This document shows positions 15,224-31,049 of a DNA stretch of 64,000 nucleotides, piece by piece. The position numbers were made by a program, and so were the translations under genes. This DNA comes from the human T2T-CHM13v2.0 reference genome, Homo sapiens. The notes beneath the pieces were generated by a model that worked only from the letters and a program-made list of their open reading frames with translations, did no database searches and was not told the DNA's origin. Every line of letters begins with the position of its first letter. Position 1 is the stretch's first letter. Where the stretch lies: assembly GCF_009914755.1 (NCBI RefSeq), contig NC_060929.1. One strand, written 5' to 3'.

Positions 15224-16177
15224 CCAGTTTAGTTTTAAAAATTCTTCATTGCAGTATGTTTACAGAAATCCACCCAGGCATATGTAGTTATATATCTTCC
15301 TTCCAGAAACGTTTTGCTTTTATGGTTTCAAAAAGTGTACCTGTGGTGTCTAGGCCTAAATAAAATAACTATTTACATTTCCTTAGTTCCAAATCTATAT
15401 CCATGTATACCCATCCTTTTTACATGATTTTTATCATAGAATATGTACTATTTTGTACTCTACATTTTTAAGTGTGTATTTCTACAAGAGTTTTTTTTTT
15501 TCACATCATCAAGTATGTCTTGAAACTGTTCTCCCATGCTTACATTTCAACATAATTTTTTTATTTTAAAGTGATTTAAATTATTATAATATGGAGGTGC
15601 AAGAGTTGCTTCAAAGGGAATACCAGCTTTCTCTAGTTTCTAGGTTAAGAGACTCTGCTTTAACTTCACGAGGTCATAATCTCCCCACTCATCAGATTCT
15701 GCCCTTTATTCTATGTCCTTCATGCAATAGTTCTAAAAATAAAATGCAAATGTGAAATTTATAGGAAAAAAATACTTCTTAAGAGATTCCGAACAGAGAA
15801 AATTGAGGTTATGAACCTGGTGATGCAGAGGAACAGCCACTTGTAATCAGTATGAACCAGAAGGAGAGAGCAGTAATGGCGTCAGTGACTGAAGTTATTA
15901 AGAATCCAGAGAATCCAAGAGGATTGTTAGAAGTAGGTGGGAAAAAACCCACAAAAGTTGAAGAGGTTTTTGGAGGCTACATTAAAGCTTTCTTTTGTCT
16001 AGAACTTGTAAGTGTCTCTATGAATTAAGAGCATTAACCTCTCCACATTGTTCTCCTTATAGGTAAAATGTGAGGGGGAAGGACACACTGAATAAATTAC
16101 CTCTTCACTGTTGTCACAGAAATAAAATGACGAAAGTTGCCCCAGATCCCCAATGACTACGTATAATAAAAAGGAAT

Positions 16178-16468
16178 GGCCAGGTGCAGTAGCTGTCACC
16201 TATAATCCTAGCACTTTGGGAGACCAAGGCAGATCGATTGCTTGAGTCCAGGAGTTCACGACCAGCCTGGCAAAACCCCATCTCTATATTAAAAAAAAAA
16301 AAATACAAAAGTTAGCTAGGCGTGGTGGTGTGCACTTGAAGTCCCAGCTACTCAAGAGGCTGAAATGGGAGGACTGCTTGAGCCCAGGAGGCGGAGGTTG
16401 CAGTGAACTGAGGATGCATCACTGCACTCCAGCCTGGGTGACACAGCAAGACCCTGTTTCAAAAAAAA
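16178..16468 (+). mobile_element. AluJb
   Basis: Full dimer with J-type right arm. Confidence 0.9.
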
Positions 16469-16489
16469 GAAAGTGAAAAGCAAAGGTTA

Positions 16490-16874
<385 letters not shown>

Positions 16875-16974
16875 CTACACATTTTAAAAGGAGAGCAAAA
16901 AATATTTTTTAAAGTCAGCCTTAAATTTATCAAAAAGAGCCAAACTAGGAGATGGAAAAATCTAATACAATTTT

Positions 16975-17631
<657 letters not shown>

Positions 17632-18011
17632 TGATAACTTAAAAAACTGTGAGAGGTAACTGGCAGGAAGGGCTTGGGAGGAGCACCAACTTCTAGAACA
17701 GAACAGAAAAGCCAGATACACAGGAAGGCTCAGCTCCTACCTTTACTGCTGCCCCCAGAAACAGTACAAGACAGTCAACAAAATCTTGAGGACTCTTACC
17801 AAAACCTCCAGATAAAGATAGAATATATGTACTGAGTGCATATGTGTATCTCTCTCATCTTCTGACTGAGAAATGATGGGAATGAATGCTGAAGGAAAAG
17901 GGATAAATAGAGAAGTGAGCAATGGCTCTGATGCTCTGAAAAGTATGAGAGGCTCCAGGGTTCCAGACTGAATTAGGAAAACAATCCAAAACCCCCGAGT
18001 AATACCAACAC

Positions 18012-18810
<799 letters not shown>

Positions 18811-18961
18811 CAATGAAAAGAACAGGACACATGCTCAAATGGGAAGTATGAACCCTGATATAGAACAATTAACAAAATCCCAGAAGACAGAGTAGAGCCC
18901 AGGTAATATAAAAGATAGCATACCCATGATTATCTGTAGTATGTTTCCACTTTTATAAAAG

Positions 18962-19416
18962 TGTCAACCTAAATAACAGAGACAGAGTCTCTAAAAGAAA
19001 ATTATACCTATTCAGGAATAAAGCATTGCAATGGGAATATGTGTGCCACGTAAACTATACACATATTCAAGGGGGTAAAGGAAGACGAAGGCTTTTAAAT
19101 GAAAAATGAGGAGGATTACATAATTGTTTTGAGATAATTTTCCTTGGGTTACAAGGATCAATAACAAGGGTGACACCAGTCCAAGTTTGGACAGGCAGTT
19201 GGGGGTAGATATTCTCGCAAAAGTATTTTTTGTGTAAGGTGGTGATGGCCTTTGTACAAGGTTGTGGTTTTTGCAGTCTTTTGTGACAGTTTTTGTCACC
19301 AAGTATTTATGCATGTGAACCCTTCTCTCCATGGCCTTCCTTGGCTCTATTTGTCAGAGTTTTTGTTGTTTTTTTTTTAAACACAAGGGACTATTTTTAT
19401 TCTGACAACTTTTACA
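18962..19416 (-). mobile_element. ERV1 solo LTR, MER65-like
   Basis: TG...CA termini; minus strand starts tgtaaaagttgtcagaat and ends atttaggttgaca; 4-bp TSD aaag/gaag. Confidence 0.7.
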
Positions 19417-19886
19417 GAAGTACTCCACTCCTGTTCTTCAACAAGCCAGCAGCCATCTATTTGTCTATCTTTTATTCATCCACCTGTAGACATGCATAGA
19501 AATATGTGTAGGCACACGCACTATGCCATGCTGCCATGGCTGCTGGCACCCCCTGTGAAGCACTTTGGCTGTCACCACTCATTGGAGTGTTGTGGCCAGT
19601 AGACCAAGAACACCTTGGCTCCTCCAGTGCAGCAGGTTCCTAATTTCAAAGGGCCAGAGAACAAAGGCAGGGACCTGGTACCAGCCCCACAAAGCTAGAA
19701 CATGCAAACCAGAGGTGTTGACCTGGGCCTTGGTTCCCTAAAATCTTCCAGTAATGAACTCAGTTGACTGAACCCACCTTTTACCACAATCAAACCCCCA
19801 AGGGTATCAAAGAAGATAAAAAGAAAAAAAACATTCAAAGGACAGCAACTTAAAACATTGAAGGATCACCAGCCCAGCCTACAGAG

Positions 19887-20900
19887 ATGAGAAAGAACCA
19901 GCTCAAGAACTCTGTCAACTCAAAGAGTCAGAGTGTTTTCTTACCTCCAAATAATCACACTAGTCCCCCTGTTCTTAACCAATCTGAAGTGACTGAAATG
20001 ACAGACATAAATATTATTCAGATTATGGATAGGAAAGAAGATCATTGACATTCAGGAGAAAGTCAAAACCCAGTCCAAAAAAAATCTAAGGAACACAATA
20101 AAATGACACAGGGCAGTAAAGATGAAATGGCCATCTTAAGAAAGAACCAAACGGATCTGATAGAACTGAAAAACTCACTTCAAGAATTTCATAATACAAC
20201 CACAAGTATTAACAGCAGAATCAACAAAACTGCAGAAAGAATTTTAGAGCTCAAAGACAAGTTCTCTGAAATAAATCAGTCAGACAAAAATAAATAAAAA
20301 ATAATAAAGAAGAATGAAGAAAATTTCTGAAAAATATGGGATTATGTATAGAGACCAAATGTATGATTCATTGGCATACCTGAAATAGAGGAAGAGAAAG
20401 CAAGCAACTTGGAAAACATATTTGAGAATATCATCCATGAGAATGTCCCCAAGTGCACCAGAGAGGCCAACATTCAAATTCAGGAAATGCAGAGAACCCC
20501 TGCAAGATACTATTCAAGATGATCATCCACAAGACACGTAGTCATCAGATTCTCCAAGGTCAAAATTAAAGACAAAATGTTAAAGGCAGCTAGAGAGAAG
20601 GGTCAGGTCACCTGCAAAGGGAATCCCATCAAGCTAAAAACAGACCTTTCAGCAGAAATGCTACAAGCCAGAAGAAATTGGGGGCCTATATTTAATATTC
20701 ATAAAGAAAAGAAATTCCAACCAAGAATTTCACATCCAGCCAAACTAAGCTTCATATGTGAAAGAGAAATAAAATCCTTTTCGGACAAGTAAATGCTAGG
20801 GGGATTGGTTACCATTAGACTTATTTTACAAGAGGTCCTTAAGGGAGTGCTAAATGTCAAAAGGAAAGACCATTACTGGCTACCACAAAAATACACTTAA
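19887..20900 (+). pseudogene. Disrupted L1 ORF1
   Basis: Fragments such as MLKAAREKGQVTCKGNPIKLKTDLSAEMLQARRNWGPIF; stops and frameshifts. Confidence 0.85.
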
Positions 20901-20967
20901 GTATATAGACCACTGACACTACAAAGCAGCCACACAATTAAGTCTGCATAACAACCAGCTAAACAAC

Positions 20968-23900
20968 ATGATGATAGGATCAAATCTGTACATGTCAATA
21001 TTAACCTTGAATGTAAACAGGCTAAATGCCCCAATTTAAACGCAGAATGGCAAGTTGGATAAAGAAGCAAGACCCAACTGTATGCTGTCTTCAAGAGACC
21101 CATCTCACGTGCAATGACAGCCATAGCCTCAAAGTAAAGGGATGGAGAAAAAATTACCAAGCAAAGAAAAAACAGAAAAAAAGCAGAGGTTTCCATTGTA
21201 ATTTCAGACAAAACAGACAATAAGCCAACAATGGTCAAAAAGACAAGAAGGGCATTACAACAATGGTCAAAAAAGACAAAGAAGGGCAATACATAATGGT
21301 AAAAGGTTCAATTCAACAAGAAGACCTAATTATCCTAAATACATATGCACTCAAAACAGGATGACCCAGATTCACAAAGCAAGTTCTTAGAGACCTATGA
21401 AGAGACTTAGAACCCACACACACAATAAATAGAGACATCAACACCCCACTGACAGTATTAGACAGATCATCAAGACAGAAAACTAACAAAGATATTCAGG
21501 ACCTGAGCTTGACACTTGACCAACTGGGCCTAACAGACATCTACAGAACTCTCTACCCCAAAACAATAGAATATACATTCTTCTCTTCGCCATATGGCAC
21601 ATACTCTAAAATTGACCAACAATCAAACATAAAACAATCCTCAGCAAATGCAAAATAACCAAAATCATACCAAACACACTCTCAGACAACAGCATAATAA
21701 AAATAGAAATCAAGACTTTAAAAAAAATCACTCAAAACCATGCAATTACAAGGGAATTAAGCAATCTGCTCCTGAATGACTTTTGAGTAAATAATGAAAT
21801 TAGGCAGAAATTAAGAAGTTCTATGATACTAATGAGAACAAACAAACAACATACCAGAATATCTGGGACACAGCTAAAGTGGTGTTAAGAGGGAAATTTA
21901 TAGCACTAAATGCCCACATCAAAAAGTTAGAAAGATCTCACATTAACAACCTAACATCACAACTAAAAGAACTAGAGAAGCCAGAGCAAACCAACCCCAA
22001 AGCTAGAAGAAGACAAGAAATAACCAAAATCGAAGCTGAACTGAAGGAAATTGAGATGTGGAAAAACCATACAAAAGATAAGTGAATCCAGGAGTTGGAT
22101 TCTTTGAAAGAATAAATAAGACTGATAGATTGCTAGCTAGACTAACAAAGAAAACATAAGAGAAGAGCCAAATAAAAACAATGAGAAATGACAAAGGGGA
22201 CATTACCACTAACCCAACAGAAATACAAAAAAAAATTCTGAGAGACTACTATGAACACCTCTATGCACACAAACTAGAAAACCTAGAAGAAATTGATAAT
22301 TCCTGGAAATATGCCAAGATTGAACCAGGAAGAAATTGAATCCCTGAACCAAACAATAATGAGTTCTAAAATTGAATCAGTAAAAACAAAAAGGCTACCA
22401 ACATAAAAAACCCAAGACTAGACGGAATCACGGACAAATTCTACCAGACATATAAAGAAGAGCTGGTACCATTCCTTCTAAAACTGTTGCCAAAACATAA
22501 GGAGAAAGGACTTTTCCCTAACTCATCCTATGGGGCCAGCATCATACTGATACCAAAACCTGGCAGAAACACACAGACACATACAAAAACATCAGGCAAA
22601 AGATGAACATAGATGCAAAAATCCTCAACAAAATACTACAAAAACAAATCTAGCAGCACATCAGAAAGCTACTCCACCACGATCAAGTGGTGCTTTATCC
22701 CTGGGATGCCAGGTTTCAACATATGCAGATCAATAAAATTCATGTCGAACCCAAAAAGAGCCGGAATAGCCAAGGCAATCCTAAGAAAAAAAAAGCCAGT
22801 GTCATTTCACTATTTACATTTCAAACTGTGCTACAACGCTACAGTAACCAAAACATCATGGTACTGCTACAAAAATAGATACATGAATCAATGGAACAGA
22901 ATAGAGAGCCCAGAAACTATGTCACACACCTACAATCATCTGATATTCCACAAAATCAACAAAAACAAGCAATGGGGAAAGGACTCCCTATTCAGTAAAT
23001 CATGCTAGGATAACTGGCTAGCCATATGCAGAAGACTGAAACTGGACCCCTTTCTTACACCATATACAAAAATCAACTCAAGATGGATTAAAGATTTAAA
23101 TGCAAAACCTAAAACTATAAAAACCTTGGGCAACAACCTAGGAAATACCATTCTGGACATAGGCCCCAGCAAAGATTTCATGATGAAGATGCCAAAAGCA
23201 ATTGCAACAAAAACAAAAATTGACAAATGGGACCTAATTAAACTAAAGAGTAACTATCGACAGAGTAAACAGCCTACAGAATGGAAGAAAATATTTGCAA
23301 ACTGTATATCTGACAAAGGTCTAATATCCAGAATCTATAAGGAACCTGAACAAATTAACAGGAAAAAACAAACAATCCCATTAAAAAGTGGGATGAACAG
23401 ACACTTTTCAAAAGAAGGCATGCATGTGGTCAAAGGGCATATGAGAAGATGCTCAACATTACTAATCATTAGAGAAATACAAATCAAACCCACAAGGATA
23501 CCATCTTGCACTAGTTAGAATGGCTATTATTAAAAAGTCAAAAAATAACAGATGCTGCAGAGGTTGCAGAGAAAAGAGAACATTTATACATGCTGTTGGA
23601 GATGTAAATTAGTTCAGCCACTGTGGCAAGCAGTGTGATGATTTCTCAAAGAACTTAAAACAGAATTACCATTTGATCCAGCAATCTCATTAATGGGTAT
23701 ATACCTGATATGGTTTTGCTATCTCCTCACCCAAATCTCAACTTGAATCATATCTCCCAGTATTCCCACATGTTGTGGGAGGGACCCAGGGGGCGGTAAT
23801 AGAATCATGGAGGCCGGTCTTCCCCATGCTATTCTCATGATAGTGAATAAGTCTCACAAGGTCTGATGGGTTTATCAGGGCTTTCTGCTTTTGCTTCTTC

Positions 23901-24353
23901 CTCATTTTCTCTTGCCACTGCCATGTAAGAGTGCCTTTTTCCTCCCACCATGATTCTGAGGGCTCTCCAACCATGTGGAACTATAAGTCCAATTAAATCT
24001 CTTTTTCTTCCCAGTCTCAGATATGTCTTTATCAATAGCATGAAAACAGACGAATACAATACCCAAAGGAATATAAATAGCTCTATTATACCATAAAGAC
24101 TTGTGCATGCATATGTTTATTGCAGCACTATTCACAATAGCAAAAACATGGAATCAACCTAAATGACCTTCAGTGACAGACTGGATAATTAAAATGTGGC
24201 ACATATACACTATAGAATACCGCACAGCCATTAAAAAAAAAAAAATGAGATCATGTCCTTTGCGGCAACATGGATGGAGCTGGAGGTCATTATCCTAAGT
24301 GAACTAACACAGGAACAGAATATCACATGTTCTCACTTATAAGTGGGAGTTAA
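20968..24353 (+). pseudogene. Disrupted L1 ORF2 (EN present, RT core deleted, THE1A inserted)
   Basis: DPTVCCLQETHL EN motif; C-terminal [12 protein letters not shown]; deletion junction at ~22735. Confidence 0.85.
23706..24058 (+). mobile_element. THE1A solo LTR (MaLR)
   Basis: tgatatggttt...aataca, 353 bp; THE1A-type gcttttgcttcttcctcattttctcttg; perfect 5-bp TSD atacc. Confidence 0.9.
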
Positions 24354-24779
24354 ACATTGAATATACGTGGACACAAAGAAGGGAACAACAGATTCTGGGG
24401 CCTACTTGAGGATGTAGGGTGGGAGGAGGGAGAGATGGAAAAACTACCCATCAGGAACTGTGCTTATTACCTGCGTGACAAAATTATCTGTACACCAAAG
24501 CTCCATGACACACTATTTACCTGTATAATAAACCTGCACATGTACCCCCGAACCTGAAAGTTTTAAAAAATTAAAACTAAAAAAGTAAATAAAAGAAAGA
24601 AGAGAAAGAAAGATGTCTAAAGTCATTTCTTATATTAAGTCTAATTATGTCTACGTGGTGCAATCTGGCCTGTTTTTAACCTTCGTATTTCTTCTTTTTC
24701 ATTATACACATTCTCTATAATAAGCATGTACCATTTTTAAAACAACAATGATGATTGTTTTCTTTAAAAAGCAAGAATT

Positions 24780-25094
24780 GAGGGAGTGGAAAAAGTAGAT
24801 ATTGATCAAAGGGAACAAACTTGCAGTTATAAGATGAATAATTTCTGGGGACCTAAAGTATAGCATGGTAACTATAGTTAATAATAATGTACTGTGTACT
24901 TGAAATTTACTGAGTGGATCTTAAGTATTTTCACCACAAAAAAAGGTAACTATGTGAGGTGGCAGATATGTTAATCAGCTTAGTTGTGGCAATCATTTCA
25001 CAGTGTATATGTATATCAAATCATCACTTCGTACACCTTGAATATATACAATTTGTATTTGTCAACTATGCCTCAATAAAGCAGAAGAAAAAAA
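24780..25094 (+). mobile_element. L1MA9-like 3' end
   Basis: caaacttgcagttataagatgaata..aggtaactatgtgaggtg..cctcaataaagc plus A tail. Confidence 0.8.
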
Positions 25095-25439
25095 GGTTAG
25101 AAAGAATTATGCCAAGAGGTAAGAGTAATTCATTCCAGATGGTGTGAATTTAGATGATTGTGACTTTCTTTTATGACTTTCTGTATGTTTAATGAGAAGC
25201 TGTTTATTTTTTCTTCCTTGTTCCTATCAAATCAGTCATGATTTTTAAAATCAATAATACACAGTGTTGATGAAAGACCATGAAATAGGCAATTTTACAT
25301 GTCACAAGGTAGAAGGAGGTTGCTTTAAAGTAGTAAGTTGGCAAAACTTTTCAGGAAGGTAAATTAACAATATAAATCAGAGGTCTTCAAAACCTTGATG
25401 CTTTTGATCCAGTAATTCTTCCATGTATTTAGCTTAAGG

Positions 25440-25590
25440 CAGTGTTTCCCAAAGGTTGGTCCCAGTATCAGAATCACTCCGGCCCCACCAAAGACATCTG
25501 AATCAATATCTCTGGGGCTGAGATCTTGGAATTGTGCATTAACAAGTTCTCCTGATAATACTTATATATACTAAGGCTTAAGCCCTACTG
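25440..25590. mobile_element. MER5A-like hAT-Charlie MITE
   Basis: Termini cagtgtttcccaaa ... ctactg; tgaatcaatatctctgggg. Confidence 0.7.
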
Positions 25591-25698
25591 GCCTGGGGAA
25601 ATGAGATTCATTCATTAATGTTTATTCTCTACAAAGAATCAGGCTCTGTCCCCTGCACTGGGGACATAGCTGTAAATAACACAGAAAAAGTCCTTTGA

Positions 25699-26010
<312 letters not shown>

Positions 26011-26643
26011 TGTGTCTAATTTTTTTAATAAAAAATTTAACATAAATATATGGATTATAGTAATATTTATTACAAAAATAAGAAGTAATGGTAATATTCA
26101 ATGCTATTCCAAAGAATGGCAAGGGGACACCTTCATTATGTGTTGTCAGATGAAAATAGTTATGAACCCTTTTTTAAAAATATACATACGTGTTAATTAA
26201 AAGACTAAAGGGTAATATATATACACAAAAATATTAATATTAATTTTGGTTATCTCTGAAAAACATGATTATAGGTTATTTCTGTTTCCTTCTTTGTTCT
26301 TTTTGGTATTTTCCAAATTCTTGGAATAAACATGAATTACTGACATAATCAGAAAAATATATAATGTTTAAAGAGGTTGATTTAAACACTAGAGAAAATA
26401 GGAAATTTCCAGTGCTGGGTGTATCTTTTAAAATATGTTTTGATTTAACAATATTAGCCCACAGTTACTTTTCTTACTGACCTGAAGCTTAGAACATTCT
26501 ATTCCCATTTTTGTAGCTATTCATTTTCAATTTCAGTCTTAAGGAGGTAAGCTTTTAAATTCTCTATAAAAGGAGAGCTCAAGAAGATTCTTAACATTTA
26601 ATTTTTCTTTTTTAGATTTTTAGTATTCATTGCTTTCTTTGGC

Positions 26644-26941
26644 TTTTTGTGTGTTTGTTTTTGAGACAGAGTCTAGCTCTGCCACCCAGGCTGGAGTACA
26701 GTGGTGCTATCACACCTCACTGCAGCCTCGCTCTCCCAGGCTCAAGCGATTCTCCGTCCTCATCCTCCTGAGTAGCTGGGACCACAGGCATGCATCACCT
26801 TGCCTGGATAATTTCTTTTTTTTAAGACACTAGGACTCCCTATGTCACCCAGGCTGGTCTTGAACTCCTGGGCTCAAGCAATCCTCCTGCCTTGGCCTCC
26901 CAAAGTGTTGGGATTACAAATGTGAGCCACTGCACTTGGTC
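26644..26941 (-). mobile_element. AluJ
   Basis: Full antisense dimer; ctcctgggctcaagcaatcctcc. Confidence 0.92.
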
Positions 26942-27777
26942 TCTTCCTTGGATTTCAAATATAATACATAATTGTCATGTAAAAATATTAGAGAAATGTA
27001 GACTAAAGAAAGAGAAAGCCATAATTCTAGCTCTTCCCCACCCCTAAGGAAACCACTTTACAGGGATGGGTTATGTTCTTCCAGATTCTTTTCCAGATAC
27101 ATATGTATGTATTATGTATACTTTATATCCAGTCATGTGTCACTTAACAACAGGGATAGTTCTCAGAAATGAATGTATCCCTGCTGAAGGAATACATTTT
27201 TCATTCTGAGAAATTAAGCAATTTCATCATTGTGTGAACATAATGGAGCATACTTACACAAACTGAGATGGTATAGCCGACTGCACACCTAGACTACAAA
27301 TATATAATCTAATTCTCCTAGGCTATATATAGCTGTATATATAGATATAGTCTATTGTTCCTAGGCTACAAATCTGTACAGCATGTTACTGTGCTGAATA
27401 CTGTTGGCAACTGTAGCACAATGGTAAGTATTAGTGTATTTAAACATAGAAAAGACACAATAAAAACGCAGCATAAACGATTTTAAAAAAATGGTGCACT
27501 CGTGTAAGGCACTTACCACAAATGGAGCTTACAGGACCAGAAGTTGCTCTGGGTAAGTCAGTGAGTGAGTGGTGAGTGACTGTGAAGGCCTAGGACATTA
27601 CTGTGTGCTACTGTAGACTTTATAAACACTGTATACTTAGGCTACACTCAATGTATTTTAAAATTTGTTCTTGCTTTAATAATAAATTAGCCTTAGTTTA
27701 CTGTAACATTTTTACTTTATAAATGTTTAAATTTGTAAACTTTTTGACTCTTTTATAGTAACACTTAGCTTAAAACA

Positions 27778-27913
27778 CTGCTGGACATGGTGGCTCACAC
27801 CTGTAATCTCAGCACTTTGGGAAGCTGAGGCGGGAAGATCGCTTGAGCCCAGGAGTTCTAGACCAGCCTGGGAAACATAGTAAAACCCTGTCTCTAAAAA
27901 ATAAAATTAAAAA
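27778..27913 (+). mobile_element. FLAM / AluJ left arm
   Basis: Left monomer only, with A tail. Confidence 0.85.
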
Positions 27914-28208
27914 ACCCACACATACACACAAAAACATTGCACAGCTATACAAAAATATTTTCTTTCTATCCTTATTTTATAAGCTTTTTTCCTTTTTTTT
28001 TTTTTTAACTTTTTAAGCTTTTGTTAAAAACCAAGACACAAACATACACATCAGCCTAGGTCTAAGCAGGGTCAGGATAATATCACTGTCTTCCTCCTAC
28101 ACATCTTGTCCCACTGGAAGGTCTTCAGAGGCAATAACACACATAGAGTTGTCATCTCCTGTGACAACAATGCCTTCTTCTGGAATACCTTGTGAAGGAC
28201 CTTTCTGA

Positions 28209-28543
<335 letters not shown>

Positions 28544-30602
28544 TACAATCAACCTTTTAATATATATAAGTAGAAGGAGTATACTCTAAAATAATGATAA
28601 AAAGTGTAATACAGTAAACACATAAACCAGTAACAGTTGTTTGTTATCATTATCAAGTATTATACAGTACATAATTGTATTGCCATACTTTGTATATGAC
28701 TCATAGTGCAGTAGGTTTGTTTACAACAGCATCACCACAAACAGATGAGCAATGCCTTGTGCGAAGACACTATGATGGCTACCACATTACTAGGCAATAG
28801 GAATTTTTCAGCTCCATCATAATATTTTTGGATCTCCGTCATATATGTGGTTCACCGCTGACCAAAAATATTATGTGGCACATGAGTGTATAAACACGTA
28901 CACACACCCATATGCACATACATGTATACATATATAATTTTATTTACTTTGATACTTTACACACTGTTTGGACTTTGCTATTTCCTTTTACCAAATGTTT
29001 TAGATCTCTTTCCATGTCATGTTATAGAGATGTACACCATCTTTGTAATGACTGTAGTATACAGTTACATTGAATGCAAATATCTTGATTTAATTAAATA
29101 ATTCCTCTCACTTACACATCATATTTTATAATATTATTGCTGATGTGTAAGAAACCTATTGATTTTGGCATGTTTATAGCCATTCCTGACTTTCTTACTG
29201 ATATCTCTCATTAAACCTCATTGTTTTTCTTTGTCTTAAATTTTCTAGAAAGACAATCATATCATTTAAAGATCATGACATTTTTTATTATTTCTTCTCA
29301 ATATCTCCTATCCTATTTCTTCCTATTGTCTTATGCTTTGGGTAAGACCTCCAGAAAAGCGAGTGATAAATGTCACCAAGCATGACCATCTGTATAATTT
29401 AGGTAAAAGTTGATATTTTGGGTTCTAGAATTATCGAGAGAGCTAAGTGATCTAATTAACTTGTGCAGACCTGGCCTGAATGTGCTTGTTCTCAAACACC
29501 ACCTGCTTTCACATAACCTTATAATACACTTTGCAGATAGAGGGTTAGAATGAACCTGTTCAATTGCAGACTGCAAAGTCAGAATGAGGAGGTGGCTGGG
29601 TGCACTATTGTAGGTGGATCTAATTTTCAGTTTTCCATCTTATACATAATCTTGTTCTATACCCAATTTCCTTTTTCTGCCACCTTCAATCATAAAGTAA
29701 AAGAATTAGGAATCCTCCTTTTCTACTGTTTTCATATCTGTCCTATCCCCAGACAGCTCTACTTGCAACTGGATGGTGATAACTTAGGAAGGTAGAGCTG
29801 ATTCATCAAGTAGCGAAGGGCTTACGTGACTACCTAATATCTTTCTAAGTCTTGGTGACAGGGATAACTATTCGGTAGGATTACTGATATTATTAAGTCC
29901 ATCTAGAAAGTTGCTTTAAATTGAGTGAGGGGAGGGCAGTTTCATTTTTAAAAATTATTTCCACTTGATCTAAAAATCAGGCTAGCAAGCTGGACTTATT
30001 ATGGCTTTCGGTGGGTTGCAGGGAGGAAGCAAAGACTGTTTGAGGTCAGCACAATACTGTCAATACCCAAGTTGGAAAGTTATGCTGTTTTTACTTAGTC
30101 TCGTCTTGTTCTTAGTAATTGCTTCCTTTCAACCATAAAGTTGTTTAGTGTAGGAGATATATTCCCAGGCTTCTCTTTATATTCACTGCTGCAAGATCCC
30201 TTTTTAGCATAATTACAGTCTTGGAATTGAAGAGACAGGCTCACTCTATCTAGCTATGCAGCTGGCTTTCTCAAATGACAATACGATGCTCACCAGCTTA
30301 GCAGCATCCAAGGCTGTGAGCCAGGGGGAGGCCCTTATGCTGAAATTTTGCCCTTGCTTTGTCTGTATTTCCTCTGTGAAAATGGAGAAATGGTTTAGAA
30401 TTTTTAAAAGCACAGAGTTTTTAATTCCCTGAGAGCTTTTAAAGGGACACGCTGAGTTCCAAATGCAGATTTCCAAATCCCAAATCAGAGATTATTCATC
30501 TTTACATCTCAAATAGGTATTACTGAGAAAAAAAAGATTTTGCAGTGCTTTTCTCCTTTTTCTTACAATCTTTTCTTTCTGAGAGAAGACTAATAAAATC
30601 TA

Positions 30603-30904
<302 letters not shown>

Positions 30905-31049
30905 CTAAATAAAGTCTAAATTTGCCTACCTTCTTTACCTATAGTTGATTCCACATTCAACTTCACTTGAAGTTATTTTCATGATTTGAAATAATTAATA
31001 ACTTGTTCACAAAAAGTTGTTCACATTCAACCCTCAGTTACCAAGAGAC

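Larger units (their letters stand above)
19511..24606 (+). mobile_element. L1PA15/16-like LINE-1 (partial 5'UTR, ORF1, internally deleted ORF2, 3'UTR)
   Basis: ORF1p and ORF2p peptides in the ORF track; PA16-type 3'UTR; TSD agaaa(t/g)atgt(g/c)ta at 19498-19510 and 24607-24619. Confidence 0.88.
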
